Source of the DNA: an uncultured Eubacteriales bacterium
Lineage (GTDB): Bacteria; Bacillota; Clostridia; Christensenellales; UBA1242
NCBI GenBank assembly: GCA_949096025.1
Contig: CARXKP010000005.1
Coordinates: 1 to 52,410 of the forward strand
Reading direction: 5' to 3'
Length of the DNA stretch: 52,410 nucleotides
The notes below the pieces were generated by a model. The model saw only the letters and a list, made by a program, of their open reading frames with translations. It made no database searches and had not been told where the DNA came from. Of this stretch, positions 44,510 to 52,410 are shown piece by piece; within the stretch, counting starts at the first letter, position 1, and every line of letters starts with the position of its first letter. A program made the position numbers and the translations under genes.

Positions 44510-44560
44510 TATATCCTCCATATTTTATTTCTAATTTATTAAACTCATTAATATCATATA

Positions 44561-45562
44561 TTGATGAAAAATTCTATTTTAGCAATACTAGCAATAATTG
44601 GTTCGATAGTAGGATCTGGATTTATCAGTGGAAAGGAAATTGTTGTCTTTTTTTCAAGATTTGGGGTATATTCTTTTCCTTGCATATTTCTCGCTTTTAT
44701 AATTTTGTTTGTTTTAATAAAATTACTTCTTGATTATGGTCCTAGTTCTATTGAGCGGTTAAATAATTCCAAGATTGCTTTTTTTATAAATTTTGCAATT
44801 TCTTTATTTTTTTCTGCAGCAATGTTTGCAGGAATAATCAAACTTTTAAATTTTGAAAACAAAATCATTAGCTTTTTAATTTTTTCTTTTGTCTTACTAT
44901 TATCATTTTTTGTCTTTAGATTTGGAATCGGCAGTTTGAATAAAATAAATTTAATACTTGTTCCATTTATGTTAATTTTGTTTGTAGGCCTGCTTTTTAG
45001 CAAATTTTCATTAAAAAGCCTGCAATTTTCATCTTCATTTGGTGGAGTTTCATTTATTTATTCAATTCTTTACGTTTTCTTGAACACTGCAAATGGTGGA
45101 GTATTAATATCAACAATGGCAAAAAAACTAAGTGTTAAGCAAAAAACGCAAGTAGCCTTTTTTTCGGCACTCACGCTTTCTGTTGTTTTGCTTATTGCAA
45201 ATGTGGTTTTATTATTAAACCCAACTTCATTTGATTGTGCAATGCCTTTGGTTTCTATATTTTCAGGGGTTAGGCATTTAATTATGACAATTGTTGTATT
45301 TGTCGGTTGTTTGACAACTCTTCTTACACTTGTTTATTCTTTATCAACTTCGCTTAGAGGGCTGTGCAAAAATGAATTTTTGATATATTTTGCAAGTGTA
45401 ATTTTGCCACTTTTATTAAGTTTATGTGGATTTAATTTTATTGTTGAATATCTTTATCCTATTGCAAGTGTTCTTGGGATTTATCTTTTGTGTGAATTAT
45501 CTTTTATTCCGCTTTTCAAAAGGAAGTACAAGAAAAAACATTCCGCTAGCAAGTATACATAA
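44561..45562 (+). CDS. YkvI-like polytopic membrane protein (transporter-like)
   Basis: N-terminus ILAIIGSIVGSGFISGKEIVVFF and about 10 TM segments. The start is TTG 44561 or ATG 44564. Confidence 0.5.
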   Translation: MMKNSILAILAIIGSIVGSGFISGKEIVVFFSRFGVYSFPCIFLAFIILFVLIKLLLDYGPSSIERLNNSKIAFFINFAISLFFSAAMFAGIIKLLNFENKIISFLIFSFVLLLSFFVFRFGIGSLNKINLILVPFMLILFVGLLFSKFSLKSLQFSSSFGGVSFIYSILYVFLNTANGGVLISTMAKKLSVKQKTQVAFFSALTLSVVLLIANVVLLLNPTSFDCAMPLVSIFSGVRHLIMTIVVFVGCLTTLLTLVYSLSTSLRGLCKNEFLIYFASVILPLLLSLCGFNFIVEYLYPIASVLGIYLLCELSFIPLFKRKYKKKHSASKYT

Positions 45563-46318
45563 TATTACTATACTTGCCATAACTATATCAAGTTTCAATA
45601 TTTGGCTACCATAATTTATTAAATAGCCAAGTCCTGCTTTACTTGATAGGTATTCTCCCATAACTGTTCCAACCCAACTCATACCAACATTGATTTTTAA
45701 TGCCGTGGCAAATTCAGGAAGTGCGTTTGGAATAATTAATTTAAATAATATTTGATGCTTTTTTGCGTGCATTGATTTCATTAACAATATTTTATCATTG
45801 TCGCAAGAAATGAAAGCGTTAAGCATTGAAATAGTAGTAATTATTACGCAAATTAATATACACATTACTATTGTAGCACCAGTTCCTGAACCGACCCAAA
45901 ATATTATCATTGGGCCTAGCGCAATCTTTGGCAGTGAATTGAGTATGATAAGGTAAGGTTCAAGTACTCTTCTAAGTCTGGTACTACACCATAATAAAAC
46001 TGCAAGAAGAAATCCTATTGCCGAAGCAAGTATAAATCCAATTACTGTTTCATAAAGTGAAGTCCAGATGTGTAACATTAGATTACCATTTTTAAATAAG
46101 TCAACTATAGTTACGGCTATTCGAGAGGGGCTTGAAAAGAAGAATGGGTCAATAAGCTCTGTTTGAGCAAGAAGTTCCCATAAACCTAAAAATACAATAA
46201 TTACTGCAAATTGAAGTAAAACTACTAAAATTTTGTCATTTCTTTTGCTTTTTAGGTATTTTTGCCTTGCTTTTGAATAATTTACTATTTTTTTCTTCAT
46301 TATACAAGGTTTCTCCAA
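45497..46318 (-). CDS. ABC transporter permease (nitrate/sulfonate/taurine-type, SsuC/TauC-like)
   Basis: Six TM segments and an EAA-loop-like region (..LLMKSMHAKKHQILFKLIIPNALP..). Confidence 0.75.
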   Translation of the reverse strand: MEKPCIMKKKIVNYSKARQKYLKSKRNDKILVVLLQFAVIIVFLGLWELLAQTELIDPFFFSSPSRIAVTIVDLFKNGNLMLHIWTSLYETVIGFILASAIGFLLAVLLWCSTRLRRVLEPYLIILNSLPKIALGPMIIFWVGSGTGATIVMCILICVIITTISMLNAFISCDNDKILLMKSMHAKKHQILFKLIIPNALPEFATALKINVGMSWVGTVMGEYLSSKAGLGYLINYGSQILKLDIVMASIVILCILASGMFFLVLPFEKRNKR

Positions 46319-47055
46319 ATCATTTCAAAGTATTTGCCAAAATCTTTATCCTCACGCTTTAGAAGTGGGGAAGGTTCAGGGAAAGCTAATTCAACTTCTG
46401 TTTTAACTGTCGCTGGTCTCTTCGTAAGAATTATAATTTTATCTGACATACTGATTGCTTCTGAAATGTCGTGAGTGACAAGAAGAGCAGTCTTTTTTTC
46501 AGTCTTTATAATATCATATACATCATCGCATACTTTCAGTCTTGTTTGAAAGTCTAGTGCAGAGAATGGCTCATCAAGGAGTAACAAAGCCGGTTCAAGC
46601 ACAAGAGTTCTAATTAAGGCAACACGTTGACGCATACCACCACTAAGTTGGCGAGGCTTTTTATTTTTGAAGTTGTAAAGGTCATATTTTTTTAACAACT
46701 CTTCTGCCATTTCAAGTCTTTTTGCATCTTTTTTAAGATTTTGTAGTTCTAAACCTAATATTATGTTTTGCCAAATAGTTCGCCATTCAAATAAATGGTC
46801 ACGTTGAAACATATAACCAATTCGGCTATCATTTTTCTCGATAGGTTTTTTATCTAGTAAAATTTCTCCGCTTGACGGGGTCAAAAGACCTGCGATTAGG
46901 GAAAGTATGGTTGTTTTACCACAGCCACTTGGTCCGACAAGGGAAGAAAAAGATTCGTTATCAATAGTAAAATCTACACCTGCAAGGGCGTTGACTTCGC
47001 TTTCCTTGGTTTGATAGAAGTAGTTTACATTTTTAAATTCGAGTAATGTTTTCAT
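46300..47055 (-). CDS. ABC transporter ATP-binding protein (SsuB/TauB-like)
   Basis: Walker A GPSGCGKTT, signature LSGGMRQRV, Walker B LLLLDEP. Confidence 0.9.
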   Translation of the reverse strand: MKTLLEFKNVNYFYQTKESEVNALAGVDFTIDNESFSSLVGPSGCGKTTILSLIAGLLTPSSGEILLDKKPIEKNDSRIGYMFQRDHLFEWRTIWQNIILGLELQNLKKDAKRLEMAEELLKKYDLYNFKNKKPRQLSGGMRQRVALIRTLVLEPALLLLDEPFSALDFQTRLKVCDDVYDIIKTEKKTALLVTHDISEAISMSDKIIILTKRPATVKTEVELAFPEPSPLLKREDKDFGKYFEMIWRNLV

Positions 47056-47318
47056 TTGTATGACCTCTACAATAACATTTTAGCAATCTATCAAGAGATT
47101 GTTACAAATTTTGAAAAACTTTTTTTAAGATTGATTTTTGATTTGTTTTTAAAAAGAATATATAAAAATATTTAATTTATTTATATATATAAAATATTAT
47201 TAAAAATAAGATTATTAAACTAATTTAATTATTTTAAAGAATATTTTTAATAAAAAATGCTCTTTTTTATTTAATTTTATTAAGTTTCTATTAAATTTAA
47301 AAATTTTGTCACTCATCG

Positions 47319-47348
47319 TTGAAATTATTAAGTTTACTAATATATAAT
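47319..47348 (+). promoter_or_regulatory. Candidate promoter of the phage-like head module
   Basis: TTGAAA (47319-47324), 18 nt spacer, TATAAT (47343-47348), at the end of a very AT-rich 320-bp spacer. Confidence 0.45.
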
Positions 47349-47380
47349 GTCGTTGCGGGCTAAAAAGAGGGAGGCGTGCA

Positions 47381-47668
47381 TTGGAGGAAGAGGATAAAAT
47401 AAAAAAAGCACTTATGAAAAAGGCTCTTGGTTATGACGCGAATGATATTGTTGAAGAGTATGTTATAGATGAGGATGGTGGAACTAAGTTATCTAAAAAG
47501 AAGATAACTAAGAAACATTATAGTCCTGATATTTCGGCAGTTAAGGTTTTGCTCGAGAGATACTACAAGACTTATGAAGAAAAAGTGCTTGATATGACTG
47601 ATGAGTCGCTTCAAAAAGAAAAGACGCGTCTTGAAAAATTGTTAAAAGGAGAGGAATGTGGAGATTAA
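47381..47668 (+). CDS. Small protein resembling the C-terminal part of phage small terminase subunits (95 aa)
   Basis: TTG start 6 nt after AAGAGGGAGG. KKALGYDANDIVEEYVIDEDGG..KKKITKKHYSPDISAVKVLLERY resembles, from memory, the ALGY..E..K..K..PD..A..L segment of Firmicutes phage TerS. No N-terminal HTH. Confidence 0.35.
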   Translation: MEEEDKIKKALMKKALGYDANDIVEEYVIDEDGGTKLSKKKITKKHYSPDISAVKVLLERYYKTYEEKVLDMTDESLQKEKTRLEKLLKGEECGD

Positions 47669-47885
47669 CGAATGTAGGCATTTAGTTAAATGTGATTTTT
47701 TGGGTTGCAATAATCTAGCAAAGTATACATTTTCAACAAAAGGTGTAATTAAAAGGAATCTATGCTTTTGTGAAGACTGTTTAAAGGGTATGTATGAAGC
47801 TATTGCCAAAATGCAAACACCAAAATGTATTAAAAGTCCATTTAAGTTAAATAAAAGGTTGGGTAAAGTAAATGATGACAAATGA
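47658..47885 (+). CDS. Small Cys-rich protein (75 aa)
   Basis: Seven Cys including C..C and CFCEDC. Overlaps both neighbouring genes. Confidence 0.45.
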   Translation: MEINECRHLVKCDFLGCNNLAKYTFSTKGVIKRNLCFCEDCLKGMYEAIAKMQTPKCIKSPFKLNKRLGKVNDDK

Positions 47886-49722
47886 AGAAAAAATAGTAAA
47901 AGAAGTAACAGAAGATTTTAATATTCGTGCTCAAAAAAGAAAAAGTTTTGATCTTATATGGCAAATAAATATGAACTTTTTAATGGGCAATCAATATTGT
48001 AACATTGGTTATGGTGGCAACCTTGAAGAATCTGACCGACAATTCTTTTGGCAGGAAAGAGAGATTTTTAACCATATTTCACCAATATATGATATAAGAT
48101 TTGCTAAATTATCTAAAATTAAGCCTTCAATAAATATAATTCCTGCGACTAATGATGAAAGAGATAAAGAAACTGCAAAAGTATCAAAAAAGATTTATAA
48201 TTCAGTTAAAAATAAGCTGGATATAGATGATAAGATTAACCAGGCAATTAAGTGGGCTGAGGTTTGTGGTACTTCTTTTTATAAGGTCGGTTGGAATTCG
48301 AGTGCCGGTCAAACTATTGCCAAAGATGATAGTGGAAGAGAAATAAAAAGTGGCGAGGTTGAGATAACTGTAGTTAGTCCGTTTGAAATTTATCCAGACT
48401 CTTCAACTAGGGAAAATTTGGAAGAGTGTCAAAGTATTATTCACGCAAGAGCTTTTTCTTCAGCGCAGATTAAAGATATGTATGGTATTACTCTTAAAGG
48501 AAAAAAAGTAAATACTTATGCCCTTGACAATGTAAGTACTGGTATTGGCGGATTAGGATTTAACGGAACTAGTACTAAAATTATTGAAAATATTAAAGAT
48601 AACAGCGAAGTTGTCATTGAAAGATATGTAAGACCAACTATTGAATGTCCAAATGGAAGGTTAACCATTGTTGCTGGTGATAAACTGGTTTATGATGGAG
48701 ATTTACCTTATGTCTTTGATGATAAAAAAAGAGATTTCCCATTTATCAGACAGACAAGCAATCTTGAACCAGGTTCTTTTTGGGGAACAAGTATTATTGA
48801 AAGATTAATACCTGTGCAGAGAGCATATAATGCGGTTAAAAATAGAAAACACGAATTTATTAATAGATTATCTTTAGGCGTATTATCAGTTGAAGATGGA
48901 TCAGTAGACTTAGAAAATCTTGAGGATGAGGGCTTGTGTCCTGGTAAAGTACTTGTTTACAGGCAGGGAGCGAGTGAGCCAAAGTATCTTGAAAGTGAAA
49001 GTTTACCTAGTGGAATAGAGGCAGAAGAAAAAAATCTTCTTGAAGAATTTAAAACCATAAGTGGTGTTAATGATCTTGTTGGAGAGGAGATGTTTTCATC
49101 TCAAATGAGTGGAGTTGCTCTTGAACTTATGATTTCTCAGGATGAAACTCGATTAAATGCATCAGTTGAAAGCATTTATAGAGCAACAAAACTTATAGCA
49201 AAGAAGGTGCTTCAGTTATACAAACAATTTGCGATTATACCACGACTTGCCAAGGTTGTTGGCGAAAACGGACAAATTGAAATGTTCTATTTTTCAACCA
49301 GTGATATTACAAGTGATGATATTGAAATTGAATATCAGAAAGATGGACTAAAAACCTTATCTCAACGAAGAGATATGATAATGACACTCCTCGATAAAGG
49401 AGTTCTATCAGATGAAAATAATCAACTTAATAATAAAATGAAAGCTAAAATTATGGAAATGTTAGGAATGGGTATATGGGAAAATGCCCAGGATGTTTCA
49501 GAACTTCATATTAAAAAAGCAGATAATGAAAATTTAAAAATGTTAAATGGAGAGATGATTACAGTTAGCGAGATAGATGACCACGATTTACATATAAATG
49601 AACACATTGCTTTTATGCTTGGTCAAGATTTTGAAAATGCTTCTAAGAAAAATGAAGAACTTGAAAAGTTATTTATGCAGCACATTAATAATCATAAAAA
49701 ATTAAACAAAACGGAGGGTTAA
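47872..49722 (+). CDS. Phage portal protein
   Basis: 616 aa, positioned immediately before the scaffold and capsid genes. Acidic helical C-terminus. General portal-like composition. Confidence 0.7.
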   Translation: MMTNEEKIVKEVTEDFNIRAQKRKSFDLIWQINMNFLMGNQYCNIGYGGNLEESDRQFFWQEREIFNHISPIYDIRFAKLSKIKPSINIIPATNDERDKETAKVSKKIYNSVKNKLDIDDKINQAIKWAEVCGTSFYKVGWNSSAGQTIAKDDSGREIKSGEVEITVVSPFEIYPDSSTRENLEECQSIIHARAFSSAQIKDMYGITLKGKKVNTYALDNVSTGIGGLGFNGTSTKIIENIKDNSEVVIERYVRPTIECPNGRLTIVAGDKLVYDGDLPYVFDDKKRDFPFIRQTSNLEPGSFWGTSIIERLIPVQRAYNAVKNRKHEFINRLSLGVLSVEDGSVDLENLEDEGLCPGKVLVYRQGASEPKYLESESLPSGIEAEEKNLLEEFKTISGVNDLVGEEMFSSQMSGVALELMISQDETRLNASVESIYRATKLIAKKVLQLYKQFAIIPRLAKVVGENGQIEMFYFSTSDITSDDIEIEYQKDGLKTLSQRRDMIMTLLDKGVLSDENNQLNNKMKAKIMEMLGMGIWENAQDVSELHIKKADNENLKMLNGEMITVSEIDDHDLHINEHIAFMLGQDFENASKKNEELEKLFMQHINNHKKLNKTEG

Positions 49723-49723
49723 T

Positions 49724-50431
49724 ATGGAAGAAAATAGAGAACAACCGATTATAATGCCAGCAACCGCTTTAAACGCAGCAGAGGAGAATAGTGCTATGAG
49801 CGAAATCGGCTCTCAAAATGGCGAACTTGGTAAATTTAAAAATTCAAAAGCATTGTTGGATGCATACAACAATCTTCAGTCGGAGTTTACTAAAAAGTGC
49901 CAAATGCTAAGTCAGTTACAAAAAGATAAAACAGATAATTTATTAGATAAATCTTGTGAAAGCAAAGAAAATGTTGATAATTTAACAAAAAATCAAGAAA
50001 TCGACACAAAAAACAGTGAAAAAACCGAAATTATTGATGTTAATTATAAAACTATCAAAGAAAAATCTAATGAAGAAGAATTAAATTTGTTCCTTAAAAA
50101 TAACTTTGATGCAAGCAAATATATAGATGAAATTAAGGACAAGTCCTTGAATTTATCAAATCAAAACCCTTATGAGATTGCTTGGGCAAAGGTACTTCTT
50201 AGTCATATTAAAGAGGGAAATAAAACAAGCGATCCAATTATCAATCAATATGTTTTATCTGATGAAAATGTAAGAAATAAAATTTTAGAAGAATATCTTA
50301 CAAGTTTAAATAATTCTAAGCCACCAATTATTATATCTTCACAGAGCGGAGAGCGGCTGTCCAGCGTTATTGAGGACAGCCCAAAAACGCTTGCCGAGGC
50401 TAAAAAATTGGTTGATAAAATGTTTAGTTAA
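49724..50431 (+). CDS. Phage scaffolding protein
   Basis: Acidic, helical, 235 aa. GKFKNSKALLDAYNNLQSEFTKK is a scaffold-typical segment. Lies between the portal and capsid genes. Confidence 0.65.
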   Translation: MEENREQPIIMPATALNAAEENSAMSEIGSQNGELGKFKNSKALLDAYNNLQSEFTKKCQMLSQLQKDKTDNLLDKSCESKENVDNLTKNQEIDTKNSEKTEIIDVNYKTIKEKSNEEELNLFLKNNFDASKYIDEIKDKSLNLSNQNPYEIAWAKVLLSHIKEGNKTSDPIINQYVLSDENVRNKILEEYLTSLNNSKPPIIISSQSGERLSSVIEDSPKTLAEAKKLVDKMFS

Positions 50432-50492
50432 CAATTTTAAATTGTTTTTCCAGATAAATATTGATCATTACTAATTTAATAATGGAGGAAAA

Positions 50493-51695
50493 ATGGTAAC
50501 ATTAAATACTGCTGAAAGTGCATTAAAAAATGTCTATCTTGGCGTTGTTGCAAACCAACTTAATGTAAATGCAAATCCACTTTTAGCAAAAATTAAAAAA
50601 TCTACTAAAGATGTGTGGGGAAAGGAAGTAAGAAAACTTGCGCCTTTTGGAATCAACGGTGGTATTGGTGCAGGTAGTGAAACTGATGCTCTTCCTACTC
50701 CATCTGGAAATGGTTATGTGCAATTTATTGCAGACCTTAAAAACCTTTATGGTAAAATTGAAATTTCTGATAAAGCAGTAAGAGCATCAGCAAACAATAT
50801 TGGTGCTTTTGTCAATCTTTTATCAGACGAAATGGAAGGACTTGTAAAAGCAAGTTCATTTAACCTTGGTAGAATGTTGTATGGCGATGGTAGTGGGAAA
50901 CTCGCAACAGCATCTGCAGTAACTGGAACAACTGTTACTTGCGATAAAGTAAACAACTTAATTGAAGGTATGCTTATTGATGTTTTTACTGGTTCTACAA
51001 AGAAAAATACTGCACCTTTAAAAATTACTTATGTAGATAGAGTAAATAAAAAGTTTAATTATTCTACAACATCTTCTGTAACTATTGCGACAAACGATGT
51101 GTTTTATGTTCAAGGTTCAAAAGATTATGAAATAAGTGGACTTGGTAAAATATTTGATACCAGTGCAACTTCAATTTATGGTGTAAGCAAAACTGATTAC
51201 CCTTGGCTTAAGCCTTATGTATCTTCAACATCAACAGAAATTAGTGATATTCTTATTCAACAGGCTATTGATTTTCTTGATATGAATAATGATAGTAAAA
51301 TTAACTTTATATCTTGTTCAAGTGTTGTAAGACGAGCATATCAGGAATATCTTGGTGCTTATAGAAGAAATATTGATATTGCAGAACTTGATGGTGGATA
51401 TAAGACTATAGCACACAATGGTATTCCAGTGGTAGCCGATAGATTTGTTGATGACGATACTATGTATTTGTTAAACACAAATGATTTCACTCTCCACGAA
51501 CTTTGTGATTGGCAATGGCTTGAAGGAGAAGACGGAAGAATTTTAAAACAAAATCAGGGTTATCCAACGTATAGTGCAACTCTTGTTAAATATGCAGAAC
51601 TTATATGTGATAAGCCTTGTGGACAAGCAAAGATTAAAGGAATAAAATCAACAGTTACTAATCCATTTGTTTCCAACAGCGAAGCAAAAGCATAA
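50493..51695 (+). CDS. Phage major capsid protein
   Basis: 400 aa, strong RBS GGAGG, position after the scaffold gene. FVNLLSDEMEGLVKASSFNLGRMLYGDGSGKLA is a coat-protein-like segment. Confidence 0.7.
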   Translation: MVTLNTAESALKNVYLGVVANQLNVNANPLLAKIKKSTKDVWGKEVRKLAPFGINGGIGAGSETDALPTPSGNGYVQFIADLKNLYGKIEISDKAVRASANNIGAFVNLLSDEMEGLVKASSFNLGRMLYGDGSGKLATASAVTGTTVTCDKVNNLIEGMLIDVFTGSTKKNTAPLKITYVDRVNKKFNYSTTSSVTIATNDVFYVQGSKDYEISGLGKIFDTSATSIYGVSKTDYPWLKPYVSSTSTEISDILIQQAIDFLDMNNDSKINFISCSSVVRRAYQEYLGAYRRNIDIAELDGGYKTIAHNGIPVVADRFVDDDTMYLLNTNDFTLHELCDWQWLEGEDGRILKQNQGYPTYSATLVKYAELICDKPCGQAKIKGIKSTVTNPFVSNSEAKA

Positions 51696-51707
51696 TTAAC
51701 TTAAACT

Positions 51708-51749
51708 GGGCAAAAAACGGTGAAAATATAATGTTTTTTGCCCTTTTTT
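51708..51749 (+). terminator. Rho-independent terminator after the capsid gene
   Basis: gggcaaaaaac / gttttttgccc 11-bp stem followed by T6. Confidence 0.75.
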
Positions 51750-51815
51750 AAGAAAAAAATAAAGAATTCTTAAATTAAAAGGCAACTTTTTAAATTTAAG
51801 ATAAAAGAGGATGAA

Positions 51816-52133
51816 ATGAAAAATCTTATTAAAATAGATTGCGACAATTTCTTTATAAGCGAAAGACTAAAATTTATTGATAGTAGTTATGTTATATATT
51901 ATAACCTAAGTGACCGATGCTATGAAGTACATTCTATAGAACAATATAAAAATAGTTATTGTTTTAAAGTGCCATATAGAGAACTTGACGAACGAACTCT
52001 TTTCTTTGCCAAAAAGACAAGAAGTGAAAATAGATATAAACTTATTAAGGAAATTGAAGAAAATAATCGTCTTTTATATGAAAAAAACATAAAAAATCAA
52101 GTTAATTTACTTAAGGAGGCAATATGCTTGTAA
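51816..52133 (+). CDS. Hypothetical phage protein (105 aa)
   Basis: ORF with RBS AGAGGA, within the head module. Confidence 0.5.
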   Translation: MKNLIKIDCDNFFISERLKFIDSSYVIYYNLSDRCYEVHSIEQYKNSYCFKVPYRELDERTLFFAKKTRSENRYKLIKEIEENNRLLYEKNIKNQVNLLKEAICL

Positions 52134-52410
52134 AAGATGTGATTATAAAAGCCTGTGATTTTATTGATAATGATTCCTTGTCTGAGTTGCTTAAAAATAA
52201 TCTTTCTTTAAGCGACGAATTGCAAGATATGCTTAATAAACTTATTAAATGCTTTAATTTGGTTCGTAATGAAATTGCTAGTGAGTACTTGCCTATTGTT
52301 AAAATTGATGTCGTTAGACCTAGTCAAAATAAAATAGAATTAACTGCTCTTTCATCAAAGTTACTTGAAGTTATCTCAATAAGAGATAGTAAGGGTCATA
52401 CTTTAAAGTA
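52124..52410 (+). CDS. Hypothetical phage protein, 5-prime partial (runs off the window end)
   Basis: ATG 52124 lies 4 nt after AAGGAGG. The frame stays open to the end of the window (MLVKDVIIKACDFIDNDSLSELLKNN...). Not in the track because it has no stop. Confidence 0.5.
   Translation, partial: MLVKDVIIKACDFIDNDSLSELLKNNLSLSDELQDMLNKLIKCFNLVRNEIASEYLPIVKIDVVRPSQNKIELTALSSKLLEVISIRDSKGHTLK

Larger units (their letters stand above)
47381..52410 (+). mobile_element. Phage-derived head-morphogenesis module (partial, continues beyond the window)
   Basis: Co-oriented terS-like fragment, small Cys protein, portal, scaffold, major capsid and small head-completion-like ORFs. Confidence 0.7.

Noticed and set aside
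44177-44542. Plus-strand 121-aa ORF and a second minus-strand 76-aa ORF overlapping the Cys-rich gene.
   Set aside because: They give I/K-rich nonsense and lack an RBS. The minus-strand 134-aa frame has GGAGG plus ATG and a terminator.
47056-47380. Extremely AT-rich 320-bp spacer considered as a replication origin or a repeat array.
   Set aside because: No DnaA-box-like (TTATCCACA) clusters or clear iterons are visible. It is more simply a promoter-bearing junction between host DNA and phage-derived DNA.

Overview
Low-GC (about 30% by eye) Firmicutes-type chromosomal segment, gene-dense on both strands. I found one tRNA and no rRNA or CRISPR array.

Core housekeeping blocks:
- T-box-controlled short (archaeal-type) aspS
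- pnuC
- MurJ/SpoVB-type flippase
- uppP
- Ca-type P-type ATPase
- holB, yaaT(ricT) and a yabB-like methyltransferase
- CIRCE-regulated hrcA-grpE-dnaK-dnaJ
- An ABC importer with ATPase and permease only

Accessory or unusual blocks:
1. 1.8-5.8 kb: a 138-aa protein that looks like a catalytically dead mini-AAA. It sits next to a metallopeptidase-vWA (DUF2201-type) protein split by a roughly 350-aa Q/G/S/N-rich and E/K-rich low-complexity insert, followed by a P-loop(AAA_28-like)-CYTH fusion close to pnuC.
2. 10.2-12.6 kb: five tandem XRE-family HTH paralogues, divergent from a SLOG/DUF1273-like gene, with a 16-bp direct repeat over the shared promoter region.
3. 21.7-27.1 kb: a contiguous, translationally coupled phosphorelay made of a hybrid kinase with two receivers, a REC-HD-GYP-PAS-GGDEF protein and an Hpt protein.
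4. 31.8-37.3 kb: a roughly 5.4-kb integrated element ending beside tRNA-Ser(GCU). It has a large serine recombinase, a cI/Cro-type switch with three GTTGA-N7-TCAAC operators, small ORFs, a structured non-coding region, a GC-rich hairpin and a two-tyrosine HUH rolling-circle Rep. It has no capsid or transfer genes.
5. 44.1-44.5 kb: a 134-aa protein with 19 Cys clustered at both ends and an Asn/Asp/Phe-rich centre.
6. 47.4 kb to the window end: a phage head module (terS-like fragment, portal, scaffold, major capsid) with no large terminase between terS and portal.

All functional calls rest on motif recognition by eye from the supplied translations. No database search was run.
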